NCBI GenBank assembly: GCA_964526285.1
Contig: CAZGIW010000001.1
Span: 62,864 to 126,863 of the forward strand
DNA from: an uncultured Bacteroidales bacterium
GTDB lineage: Bacteria > Bacteroidota > Bacteroidia > Bacteroidales > DTU049
Direction of reading: 5' to 3'
DNA: 64,000 bases
The position numbers and the translations under genes are program-made. Below are positions 31,674 through 41,215 of the stretch, piece by piece; position 1 is the stretch's first letter; every line of letters begins with the position of its first letter. The notes under the pieces are model-generated. The model was not told where the DNA came from. It made no database searches and saw only the letters and a program-made list of their open reading frames with translations.

Positions 31674-32151
31674 ATAAACTTAAACATCGTCGCACCTGGG
31701 TTTAACTTATTTCATTATTCATCATTGAATATTCGTTATTGGATATTCCAATATGTGTTTTTCTATGCCATGCCAAAAGCATCCCGATTGAAGCAAGGGA
31801 ATCACATAGCCCGCCTTGCAATGGCGTTTTTCGGTATACGTTTGCGAGGTGCGTATTATCATCCGAAGTTAACGAAGTTAACGAAGGATGGTAACGTTTT
31901 ACGTTTATCGTATAACGGCCGATCACCGAACAACGTAACCGATACGCGCAGGAGTTCACCATGCATAGCATGGCAACCCAACACCGTATAACGCAAAAAA
32001 CAGATTATTGCTGGCAGCAACGATTTTTTTTTTAAAATTGTTATGTAAACTTTTCATACATGCAGCAAAACCACCAACTTTCCCCCAGATTTTTTACATG
32101 TCCCATTTAAACACTGATTTTGAGACAACCTCGTGATGAACTTACAAACTT

Positions 32152-32925
32152 CTACTGGTTTTTTTCTCCCACAAATGTGGCCCAGTAAAATTCACGGTTC
32201 ATTTTTGCAATATGTGTTTTGTGAATGTTTTTTGGACATTCTGCTTCACAAGAATAAACATTGCTGCAGCTTCCAAAACCAAGTTCTTCCATTTTGCCCA
32301 CCATGTTTTTTACGCGGGTAATGGCTTCCGATTTTCCCTGTGGCAGATATGCCAGGTGTGATACCTTGGCACCAACAAAAAGCATGGCCGCTCCGTTTGG
32401 ACAAGCTGCCACACATGCTCCGCATCCAATGCATGTGGCTGTTTCAAAAGCCAGATCCCCGTAGTATTTGGGTACCAAAATCGCATTGGCATCCTGTGCA
32501 CTACCTGTATTTACAGAAATAAATCCTCCCGACTGAATAATCTCATCAAAAGCGGTGCGGTCAACAACAAGGTCTTTTATCACAGGAAAAGGACGTGCAC
32601 GCCATGGTTCAACAACGATTGTCTGTCCGTCTTTAAAACTGCGCATGTGTAACTCACAGGTGGTAGTTCCCTTTTCAGGACCATGAGGGCGTCCGTTGAT
32701 GTATAAACCACACATGCCACAGATACCTTCGCGGCAATCATTGTCATATGAAACGGGACAACCGCTGTAGGCCACTTCATCTCCCTCTGTTAGAAGCTTT
32801 TCATTGAGAATGTCAAGCATCTCCAGAAAAGAACAAGCAGGTGAAATATCATCCAACTGATAGGTTTGGAATTTACCCTTTGATTGGGCATCTTTTTGTC
32901 TCCATATTTTGAGTGTGAATTTCAT
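32152..32925 (-). CDS. sdhB: Succinate dehydrogenase/fumarate reductase iron-sulfur subunit
   Basis: 257 aa. 2Fe-2S ([10 protein letters not shown]), 4Fe-4S ([12 protein letters not shown]) and 3Fe-4S ([12 protein letters not shown]) motifs. Confidence 0.9.
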   Translation of the reverse strand: MKFTLKIWRQKDAQSKGKFQTYQLDDISPACSFLEMLDILNEKLLTEGDEVAYSGCPVSYDNDCREGICGMCGLYINGRPHGPEKGTTTCELHMRSFKDGQTIVVEPWRARPFPVIKDLVVDRTAFDEIIQSGGFISVNTGSAQDANAILVPKYYGDLAFETATCIGCGACVAACPNGAAMLFVGAKVSHLAYLPQGKSEAITRVKNMVGKMEELGFGSCSNVYSCEAECPKNIHKTHIAKMNREFYWATFVGEKNQ

Positions 32926-32955
32926 ATTGGTCTTGTTTTAATGTTCAACAAAAAA

Positions 32956-34872
32956 TTATTTATAACTGCGTTGTTTCAATTCAACACTTTCAAATTTCAG
33001 TGATTCTTTGTGCAGTTGAGGTGCTTGTGCTTCTCCTTTGTATTCCCAAACACCAACATATGTGTAGTTTTCATCATCCCGCATAGCTTCTCCTTCTTCT
33101 GTTTGGCTTTCTTCTCTGAAGTGTGCTCCGCACGATTCTTTTCGATTTAGTGCATCTGTCACAATGAGTTTCCCTAGCTCAATAAAATCAGCCACGCGGC
33201 ATGCTTTTTCCAGGTCAGGATTCATTCCGTTAACATCACCGGGCACTTTTACATCACGCCAAAACTCTTCTTTCAACTCATCCAGCAACCCCAAAGCTTT
33301 TGTTAAGCCTTCTTCGTTACGAACCAAACCCGAATAGTCCCACATGATTTTTCCAAGACGTTTGTGAAAATTTTTAGCAGATTGTTTGCCCTTTACTGAC
33401 ATTAACTTGTCAATTTTCTCTTTCACTTCCTTTTCAGCAGCTTCAAATTCAGGAGTATCAGTGGTGAATTTGGAAACCTTTATCTGATCTGACAAATAAT
33501 TGGTCATGGTGACAGGCAAAATAAAATAACCATCACCAGAGCATTGCATTAATGAGCTGGCACCTAGTCTGTTAGCCCCATGGTCGGAAAAATTGGCTTC
33601 TCCTGCAGCAAACAATCCGGGAATAGTTGTCATAAGCTCATAATCAACCCACAAACCACCCATGGTATAGTGTCCGGCAGGATAAATTTTCATAGGGGCT
33701 TTGTAGGGATTTTCTCCGGTAATTTTTTCATACATTTCAAACAGATTGCCATATTTTCCTTCAATTACTTTTTCTCCCTGTTTTGCAATGGCATCTTTAA
33801 AATCAAGATAAACGGCCAGGCCTGTTTCTCCTACACCATAACCAGCATCACAGCGTTCTTTAGCAGCACGTGAGGCAATGTCACGTGGAACAAGATTGCC
33901 AAAAGCAGGATAACGACGTTCCAGATAATAGTCTCGTTCTTCTTCGGGAATTTGTCCCGGAGGACGGTTATCACCCTTTTCTTTGGGTACCCAAACACGT
34001 CCATCATTTCTCAGTGATTCAGACATGAGGGTGAGTTTTGACTGATATGGATTCAATACCGGAATTGAGGTGGGGTGAATCTGAATAAAACTGGGATTTG
34101 CAAAAGCAGCTCCTTTTTTATATGCCTGCCATGCAGCTGAAGCATGTGAATTGACAGCAAGAGTTGACAAATAATAAATTGTTCCATAACCACCTGTTGC
34201 AAGCACAACAGCATGAGCAGAGTGTCTTTCAATTTCGCCGGTAATAAGATTACGCGCAATAATTCCCCTTGCTCTTCCATCAATGATTACAAGATTCATC
34301 ATTTCACGACGATTGTACATTTTTACATTACCAAGAGAAATTTGTCTGGACAAGGAAGAATATGTGCCCAATAAACATTGCTGTCCGGTTGCTCCTTTTG
34401 CATAAAAGGTTCTTGACACCTGTACTCCTCCAAAAGAACGATTATCAATTGTGCCACCATAATCACGTGCAAAGGGAACTCCCAACGCTGTAAAATGATC
34501 AATCACCTGATTGCTTACTTCTGCAGCTCTGTAAACATTGGCTTCGCGTGCACGGAAATCTCCACCCTTTATCATATCATGAAACAAACGAAAGACACTG
34601 TCACCATCATTTTGATAGTTTTTGGCAGCATTAATGCCTCCCTGTGCTGCAACCGAGTGAGCACGGCGGGGCGTATCCTGATAACAGAACACTTTCACAT
34701 TGTATCCAAGCTCTCCAAGTGCAGATGCAGCTCCTGCACCTGCCAAACCGGTTCCAACAACAATTATTTCCAGTTTCTTTTTATTGGCAGGATTCACAAG
34801 TTTTGAATTATTCTTATATTGAGTCCATTTTTCGGCCAGAGGGCCTTCCGGAATTTTTGAATTCAGTTCCAT
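32956..34872 (-). CDS. sdhA: Succinate dehydrogenase/fumarate reductase flavoprotein subunit
   Basis: 638 aa. [16 protein letters not shown] motif, [15 protein letters not shown], and the [10 protein letters not shown]-terminal region. Confidence 0.9.
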   Translation of the reverse strand: MELNSKIPEGPLAEKWTQYKNNSKLVNPANKKKLEIIVVGTGLAGAGAASALGELGYNVKVFCYQDTPRRAHSVAAQGGINAAKNYQNDGDSVFRLFHDMIKGGDFRAREANVYRAAEVSNQVIDHFTALGVPFARDYGGTIDNRSFGGVQVSRTFYAKGATGQQCLLGTYSSLSRQISLGNVKMYNRREMMNLVIIDGRARGIIARNLITGEIERHSAHAVVLATGGYGTIYYLSTLAVNSHASAAWQAYKKGAAFANPSFIQIHPTSIPVLNPYQSKLTLMSESLRNDGRVWVPKEKGDNRPPGQIPEEERDYYLERRYPAFGNLVPRDIASRAAKERCDAGYGVGETGLAVYLDFKDAIAKQGEKVIEGKYGNLFEMYEKITGENPYKAPMKIYPAGHYTMGGLWVDYELMTTIPGLFAAGEANFSDHGANRLGASSLMQCSGDGYFILPVTMTNYLSDQIKVSKFTTDTPEFEAAEKEVKEKIDKLMSVKGKQSAKNFHKRLGKIMWDYSGLVRNEEGLTKALGLLDELKEEFWRDVKVPGDVNGMNPDLEKACRVADFIELGKLIVTDALNRKESCGAHFREESQTEEGEAMRDDENYTYVGVWEYKGEAQAPQLHKESLKFESVELKQRSYK

Positions 34873-34892
34873 ATTGAAATAATTTTAATTGA

Positions 34893-35561
34893 TTATTTAA
34901 AAAACATAAAACAAACAGGGATTATAATAAAACCTATTGATATACCAATGGAGTATATTGCTCCGATACCTTTAATCCATCCAAAATACTTACTGTGCTG
35001 AAAGCCAAGTGTTTGAAAAAATGACTGAAAGGCATGATACAGGTGAAATCCCAAAACAACAAAGAGAACGATGTATAACCACGAATAAAGGGGAGTTGAA
35101 AATAAGGCCACGGCCATGGGATAAAAATCATGAGTATCTGCAGCTATTTCAGGCTTGGCAACAATACCAAGTTTAACAAAGTAGAAGTGCATAAAGTGGA
35201 TAATCAGAAATGTGAGAATTAATAGCCCAGTCCAGATCATGTAACGTGAAAAGAAAGATGAATCCGATTTGGGAGCTACTTTGTAACGGACAGGCCTGAC
35301 TCTCCAGTTACGCAACTGCAAAATCACTCCGATTAACATGTGAATAATAAATGCAGCAAACAAAACATACTCAAACAATTTGATAAACAAACTGCTTGAC
35401 ATAAAATGCACAGCTTTGGAGAAAGCTGCACCACTGTCTCCTTTCAGCATCAAAAGATTAATGCCGAGGTGTACCACCAGAAAAGACATAAGGAACAATC
35501 CTGCGATGCCCATTGTAATCTTTTTGATGATGGTTGCCGATTTCAGAATAGAAGTTGCCAT
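34893..35561 (-). CDS. sdhC: Succinate dehydrogenase/fumarate reductase cytochrome b subunit (b558 type)
   Basis: Five-TM haem-b protein with conserved His residues, directly upstream of sdhA. ATG at 35561 (MATSILKS) chosen. The ORF-track extension to 35693 overlaps the divergent pepP-like gene. Confidence 0.75.
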   Translation of the reverse strand: MATSILKSATIIKKITMGIAGLFLMSFLVVHLGINLLMLKGDSGAAFSKAVHFMSSSLFIKLFEYVLFAAFIIHMLIGVILQLRNWRVRPVRYKVAPKSDSSFFSRYMIWTGLLILTFLIIHFMHFYFVKLGIVAKPEIAADTHDFYPMAVALFSTPLYSWLYIVLFVVLGFHLYHAFQSFFQTLGFQHSKYFGWIKGIGAIYSIGISIGFIIIPVCFMFFK

Positions 35562-35680
35562 ACTAGTAATATTTATATATTTGTAAAATAAAAAATCAGG
35601 AGATATTTGATGGACAAAAGTATAATTATTTTTACAAAAAACAATAACCTGACTAAAATTAACATAAATTAATATAATAT

Positions 35681-36970
35681 ATGAAAGAAACATGTTTTAA
35701 CAATTCGTTTTTTCTATCAAACAGACAGAGACTTACAGCTCTTTTGCCAGAAAATAGTCTGGCAATTATTTCTGCAAATAATTTTATGCCCAAAAGTGCT
35801 GACCAGACTTTTCCATTATATCAAAATCAGGATTATTATTATCTCACAGGGCTGAAACAGGAAAAATCCATTTTATGTATTTGTAAGTCACATCCCGATC
35901 CTGCCATGCGACAGGTGTTGTTTTTGCTCAATGCATCGCCCGAAATGGAAATATGGACGGGGTATCGCTATACAAAAGACGATGTGAAAAGAATCAGTGG
36001 AATTGAAACGGTATTGTCTCTCAGTGATTTTCCTGTATTGATAAAAGATTTTATGACAATCAGTGCAGAAGTGTTGATGCTGACAAACGAAGCGCCAAAG
36101 TTTATTTCGGACTACCCAACCGCCAATGACCTGTTAATCACAGCCATACAACAACAATATCCTCTGCACCGCTATGGAAGACTTTCTCCAGTGATGATGC
36201 AACTGAGGCTGATTAAACAGAAAGAAGAGTTGGGAATGATTAAAAAGGCTATCTCAATTACAGAAAAAGCATTGCACAAAGTGATGAAACAATTGAAACC
36301 AGGATTGATGGAATATCAGGTGGCAGCCGAAATAACAAGAGAGATATTGTGGAACGGGGGCAATGGACATGCTTTTGAGCCAATTGTGGCCGGTGGTAAA
36401 AATGCATGTGTGCTGCATTATACAACGCCAAATGCAAAGCTGAACAAAGAGGATTTGATGTTGATTGATTTTGGAGCAGAATATGAGTATTATGCCTCTG
36501 ATTGTTCACGAACCATTCCCGTGGGCGGAAAATTTACAGCAAGACAGAAACAATGTTATCAGGCTGTGCTAAGAGTGTTTAAAAAAGCACAAAAACTCTA
36601 TGTTCCAGGAAATACGATAAACAAAATCAATGCACAGGTAAACCAATGGATGGAAAAAGAAATGATTGAACTGGGTTTGTTTACCAAAGAGGAAGTAAAA
36701 AATCAAAACCCTGAAAATCCATTGTTTAAAAAGTATTTTATGCATGGAACTGCCCATTTTGTTGGCCTTGATGTACATGATGTTGGCTTAAAACATATTC
36801 CTCTTGAAAAAGGTATGGTATTAACCTGTGAACCTGGGATTTATATTCAAGAAGAGAGTATTGGAATAAGAATAGAAAATATGATTCTGGTGGACAAAAC
36901 TCCGGTTGATTTGATGAAGCATTTTCCGGTTGAGATAGAGGAAATTGAAAAAAACTCCGATAAAGTGTAA
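35681..36970 (+). CDS. Xaa-Pro aminopeptidase (M24B)
   Basis: 429 aa. Creatinase-like N-domain, then a pita-bread domain with DFGAEY..Y.SD.SRT, HG..H.VGLDVHD and EPG.Y motifs. Confidence 0.8.
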   Translation: MKETCFNNSFFLSNRQRLTALLPENSLAIISANNFMPKSADQTFPLYQNQDYYYLTGLKQEKSILCICKSHPDPAMRQVLFLLNASPEMEIWTGYRYTKDDVKRISGIETVLSLSDFPVLIKDFMTISAEVLMLTNEAPKFISDYPTANDLLITAIQQQYPLHRYGRLSPVMMQLRLIKQKEELGMIKKAISITEKALHKVMKQLKPGLMEYQVAAEITREILWNGGNGHAFEPIVAGGKNACVLHYTTPNAKLNKEDLMLIDFGAEYEYYASDCSRTIPVGGKFTARQKQCYQAVLRVFKKAQKLYVPGNTINKINAQVNQWMEKEMIELGLFTKEEVKNQNPENPLFKKYFMHGTAHFVGLDVHDVGLKHIPLEKGMVLTCEPGIYIQEESIGIRIENMILVDKTPVDLMKHFPVEIEEIEKNSDKV

Positions 36971-37049
36971 TTTTAATGTTTAAATTAAACTTTTTAGTTA
37001 ATTTTACACTCTTAACCCAGCGAAAGTAACAACAATTAAAATATATTTT

Positions 37050-38852
37050 ATGAAGAACATGTATTCCCCCAGTGCAAAAGTATTATTTGCACTGATGTTT
37101 TTTGTTGCCGTGATGAATTCGGCATACAGCCAGTGTGGTCCGGTTGATCATGCCGGAGCTGACTTGATTATAAGCACAAACACCACTTTGGGTGGAGAGC
37201 ATACCAATATTGGAAAATTTCAGGTTTCCAGTGGTGTAACTCTTAGTGTTGATCCTGTTTGTAAATATTTAATTATTGAGGCAGACACCATCATTGTAGC
37301 AGGAATTATCAATGGTAATTATGCTGGTGATGCAGGAGGTAGTGGAGGAGTTGGAGGAGGCATGGCCAATGGCAGTGGCAATCCGGGTCAGGGTGGTTTT
37401 GGTGGTCTGGCCGGAACAGGCCCCGGTGGTGGCAATGCAGGTTTAGCAGGTCTTGCAGGTGGTACAATTACTCAAATTTGTGGAGGTTTGTTTTGCTCAG
37501 GAAATCGTGATGGATTGAATGGTGGAGGCGGCGGCGGCGGCGGAGCTAGTGGTGGAGCCTATGGAGGTATTGGTGCTGCAGGAGGTTGGGGAGCTTATGG
37601 CTCAGGATTTACCGGAGCAACAGGAGGAGATTATGGACAACCCGGAAACCCAAAATCTCCATTTGGGTCTGAAGATGGTGTTGATATTGCCTGGGGATCA
37701 GGTGGCGGAGGTGCCGGTGCCGGCGGCGGCGGATGGAGTAATGGTGATAACGGAGGTCGCGGAGGAAACGGAGGTGCTATGGTAAGACTCACTTCAGCAG
37801 GACCATTGACTCTCTCAGGATCAATTACATGCAGTGGAGAGCAGGGATATGCCGGAGGAAATGGTGGCGGAGAAAGTACAGATGATAGTTATACCTGCAG
37901 TTCCAGTGGTTATAGTTCATGTGGAATATGTTCTGAATCAGTATTTGATGCTGCCGGCGGTGCAGGCGGCGGCGGTGGCGGTGGTTCCGGTGGTGGCATT
38001 ATGCTTCAGGCACAGGGACCAATGGTTGTTACAGGAATTCTTCATGCAAAAGGAGGAGACGGAGGACCCGCAGGACTTCCAAGAAGCACAATAGATGCAT
38101 GTTTTGACGATGCACGTGGTGGTGGAAGCGGAAGCGGCGGAAGAATTAAAATATTTTCAAATCCATGCTATAATAATAATATTTCCCCAACTACCTCAGT
38201 GAATGCTGGTCTGGGTGGTGAAGGCGTTACATCGGGAATTGTAGGAAATCCCGGAACGTACAGAAATGATTTGATTAATCCAGACTATGTTGCACTTGCT
38301 GGTGGTGCAATTGCTCTTACAGATCCTGAATTTTGCTTCTACGGAGATGTTCCACCAATTACATCATCTACTGCAGCAACAGGAGGTGTGCCAGGAATAC
38401 TAAACTATCAATGGCAATATAGTATAACAAACGCAACATCAGGGTTCTCTAATATTCCCGGACAAATTAATGTTACTTATGATCCTGGAATGATTACTCA
38501 AACCACATGGTATAGAAGAAAAGCAACCTCAGGAATTTGTGAAGAATTTAGTAATGTTGTGGTAGCAACGGTGCTGGATTGCTCTTCAATTGAAGAACAG
38601 GAGAACATCAATATTAACGTATATCCAAATCCTGCAAACGACGAATTCTTTATTGAAATCCCCCAACTGTCAGAAAGTTCATTTACTTTACACATGTTTA
38701 CTGTTCACGGATTGAAAGTCATTGATAAACAATTTAATGATTTTATTCCCGGAACGCCGGTTTCTGTTACAGTTGACTTGCCTTCAGGAGTGTATCTGCT
38801 ACAAATTATTGCAAATGATTTCACTGCAACAACAAAAATCAGTATAGAATAG
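37050..38852 (+). CDS. Glycine-rich secreted protein with Ig-like repeat and T9SS C-terminal sorting domain
   Basis: Signal peptide. About 280 aa of G-rich tracts (GGSGGVGGG, GGGGGGGASGG, GGGGAGAGGGG). YQWQYS...YRRKATSGIC Ig-like module. C-terminal VYPNPANDEFFIEI...GVYLLQI. Confidence 0.6.
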   Translation: MKNMYSPSAKVLFALMFFVAVMNSAYSQCGPVDHAGADLIISTNTTLGGEHTNIGKFQVSSGVTLSVDPVCKYLIIEADTIIVAGIINGNYAGDAGGSGGVGGGMANGSGNPGQGGFGGLAGTGPGGGNAGLAGLAGGTITQICGGLFCSGNRDGLNGGGGGGGGASGGAYGGIGAAGGWGAYGSGFTGATGGDYGQPGNPKSPFGSEDGVDIAWGSGGGGAGAGGGGWSNGDNGGRGGNGGAMVRLTSAGPLTLSGSITCSGEQGYAGGNGGGESTDDSYTCSSSGYSSCGICSESVFDAAGGAGGGGGGGSGGGIMLQAQGPMVVTGILHAKGGDGGPAGLPRSTIDACFDDARGGGSGSGGRIKIFSNPCYNNNISPTTSVNAGLGGEGVTSGIVGNPGTYRNDLINPDYVALAGGAIALTDPEFCFYGDVPPITSSTAATGGVPGILNYQWQYSITNATSGFSNIPGQINVTYDPGMITQTTWYRRKATSGICEEFSNVVVATVLDCSSIEEQENININVYPNPANDEFFIEIPQLSESSFTLHMFTVHGLKVIDKQFNDFIPGTPVSVTVDLPSGVYLLQIIANDFTATTKISIE

Positions 38853-38872
38853 AAACTGAACATATTATACAG

Positions 38873-38918
38873 AGGTGCATTTCTGAGTGGAAAAAATCTG
38901 CAGGGGGTGCACCTTTTT
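38873..38918 (+). terminator. Putative rho-independent terminator of the glycine-rich gene
   Basis: AGGTGCA (38873-79) pairs with TGCACCT (38908-14), followed by TTTTT. The loop is long (28 nt), so confidence is moderate. Confidence 0.4.
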
Positions 38919-38927
38919 AATAGAAGG

Positions 38928-40100
38928 ATGAAAAAAACAATACACAATAATACACTTGTTCCAATAATCATGTGGTTGGATGAGGTTGAACCTTCAGCCA
39001 TGCAGCAGGCTGAAAATCTGGCCAATCTGCCTTTTGTGTTTAAACATATTGCATTGATGCCCGATTGCCATTCTGGATATGGGATGCCCATTGGTGGTGT
39101 GATTGCTGCCCGCAATGTTATTGTTCCCAATGCAGTGGGTGTGGATATCGGCTGCGGAATGTGTGCTGTTCAATTGTCTTTGCATGAGATTAAAAAGGAA
39201 TCTTTAAAGAAGATAATGAATGAAATCCGCCAACAAGTACCACTGGGCTTTAAACATCATAAGGAAAAACAAAACGAAAACCTTATGCCAGACACAAAAA
39301 ATTTGCCTGAGAAGGGAATAGTTAAACGAGAGTATGATTCAGCTCTTTATCAAATCGGAACGTTGGGCGGAGGAAATCATTTTATTGAAATTCAGAAAGG
39401 AAATGACGGGCACATTTGGCTGATGATTCATTCAGGAAGCAGAAATTTGGGATTGAAAGTGGCTGAATATTATCATAAAACAGCCAAAAGTTTTATTATG
39501 AAAAACAAGCCGGATTATAATGTGCCGTCAGATTTGGCGTTTTTGCCATTTGAAACGGAAGAAGCGCAGGCCTATTGGCAGGAAATGAACTATTGTGTTG
39601 AATTTGCGCTGGCCAACAGAAAACATATGATGGACACAGTTACACAGGCTGTTCAGAAACATGTGAAAAAAAAGATTGAAACACTTCAATTCATTAACAT
39701 TGCACACAATTATGCTCAGCATGAAACTCATTTTGGAGAAAATGTCATTGTTCATCGCAAGGGAGCAACAAGTGCACGAAATGGAGAATTGGGAATAATT
39801 CCGGGCTCTCAGGGAACAAAGAGCTATATTGTAAGAGGAAAGGGCAATCCAATGAGTTTTCAAAGCTGCTCACACGGAGCTGGTCGCATTATGGGCAGAA
39901 AACAGGCTCAGAGAGAACTTAGTCTGGAGGATGAGATATCAAAACTTGAAAGCAAAGGAATTATCCACTCAGTGAGAACTGTAAAAGACCTTGATGAAGC
40001 TCCGGGGGCATATAAGCTCATTGATGAAGTCATGCAAAATCAGAATGATTTAGTTGAGATTGTGACGGAACTTGTGCCTCTGGCTGTGATAAAGGGATAG
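38928..40100 (+). CDS. rtcB: RNA-splicing ligase RtcB
   Basis: PDCHSGYGMPIGGV, GGGNHFIE, HSGSRNLG, HNY, HRKGAT, GSQG and SCSHGAGR motifs. ATG at 38928 chosen. Confidence 0.9.
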   Translation: MKKTIHNNTLVPIIMWLDEVEPSAMQQAENLANLPFVFKHIALMPDCHSGYGMPIGGVIAARNVIVPNAVGVDIGCGMCAVQLSLHEIKKESLKKIMNEIRQQVPLGFKHHKEKQNENLMPDTKNLPEKGIVKREYDSALYQIGTLGGGNHFIEIQKGNDGHIWLMIHSGSRNLGLKVAEYYHKTAKSFIMKNKPDYNVPSDLAFLPFETEEAQAYWQEMNYCVEFALANRKHMMDTVTQAVQKHVKKKIETLQFINIAHNYAQHETHFGENVIVHRKGATSARNGELGIIPGSQGTKSYIVRGKGNPMSFQSCSHGAGRIMGRKQAQRELSLEDEISKLESKGIIHSVRTVKDLDEAPGAYKLIDEVMQNQNDLVEIVTELVPLAVIKG

Positions 40101-40113
40101 CCACAAAATAGGA

Positions 40114-41127
40114 TTATTTGAAACTCAATTTCTCCACAATCACATTTCCAAGCTGTTGAGGATATATTTCACGCATGCATTGACAATCTCCGGTTTTTCT
40201 GCAATCAGAACATTCTTTATTGTGCATAAACACATGCACATTTTTTCCCAGCGGAGCCCATCTTCCGGGATGCATGGGACGGATGGGAGGATATATGCCA
40301 AAGGCATGAATGCCAGCAGCAGCAGCAATATGCAGTGGTCCGGTACTGGAAGCCACCAGTCCCTGACATCCTGTAATGAGTGAAATGTATTGCTGAAGAC
40401 TTAACTTCCCGCCAACATCAGTGATTTGTCTTTTTATTTCAGGAAAAACATTCCGGTAGATTATGGCTTCGGATTCTGTTCCAGCAAAAATCACATTATA
40501 TTCATCTTCGGGCAGCAGATTTGACAATTCAACATAATATTCAAGAGGCCACTCCCGTGCGCTTCCTCTTGAGTGAGGATGAAAAATTATGTTTTTTCTG
40601 TTTTTGTCAATGAATAGAGAAACGGCATTATCAATAGCTGGAAGTCTGTCAAACAGACATATGGCAGATAAATCTTCAAGAGAAAAAACATTGTTGGTAA
40701 AAAGAGGCTTTAAAAGCTTCAGGTTTAACTGTGTTTCATGTAGTTTTGAGTTTTTGCGACCGAAATTAACAAGACCATTGCAATATAACAGGTGGAATAA
40801 TCTGTGAGAAGTACCAATACGGAGGGGGATGCCAGCGCTGAAAGCAGTTTTAGCAATTTTTTTCTGAGGAAATACATGCAAAATTGCATGTGCTTCTAAA
40901 TCCTTCAATTGTTGAATTATTTCTTTTTCAGGTTTTTTTTCCATCTCATCCCATTCCACAATTTTGTCTATGTATGAAGCACACTCAAGCACAGGCTTTG
41001 TGTATGAATTACCCAAAAAGATTATTTCGGATTCAGGAAATTGTTTTTTCAATATCACCGCCAGCGGCAGAGTGAGTATCACATCTCCGATTTTATCTGT
41101 GCGACTGATGATAAAATTTTTCATCAT
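40114..41127 (-). CDS. Glycosyltransferase family 9 (heptosyltransferase-like)
   Basis: 337 aa. N-terminal ISRTDKIGDVILTLP and C-terminal GLVASSTGPLHIAAA are typical of GT9. Confidence 0.8.
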   Translation of the reverse strand: MMKNFIISRTDKIGDVILTLPLAVILKKQFPESEIIFLGNSYTKPVLECASYIDKIVEWDEMEKKPEKEIIQQLKDLEAHAILHVFPQKKIAKTAFSAGIPLRIGTSHRLFHLLYCNGLVNFGRKNSKLHETQLNLKLLKPLFTNNVFSLEDLSAICLFDRLPAIDNAVSLFIDKNRKNIIFHPHSRGSAREWPLEYYVELSNLLPEDEYNVIFAGTESEAIIYRNVFPEIKRQITDVGGKLSLQQYISLITGCQGLVASSTGPLHIAAAAGIHAFGIYPPIRPMHPGRWAPLGKNVHVFMHNKECSDCRKTGDCQCMREIYPQQLGNVIVEKLSFK

Positions 41128-41215
41128 GAAACAAAGTTACAATGAAAAATTTAGAAATAAGAGGAAACGTTTAGTTATGGATAATTCTCTATCTTTGTAA
41201 AAGAGAAGAATAACA

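Noticed and set aside
31702-31991. ORFs 31702..31971 (-) and 31725..31991 (+) as protein genes
   Set aside because: They are mutually antisense and cover the same GC-rich block. There is no start context, the composition is noise-like, and repeats and hairpins dominate. The region is treated as non-coding.
37519-38094. ORFs 37519..37785 and 37834..38094 (+)
   Set aside because: These are alternative-frame artefacts of the GGN-rich region inside the 600-aa glycine-rich gene.
38705-39130. ORF 38705..39130 (-)
   Set aside because: It is antisense to the end of the glycine-rich gene and the start of rtcB, spans a terminator, and has no features of its own.
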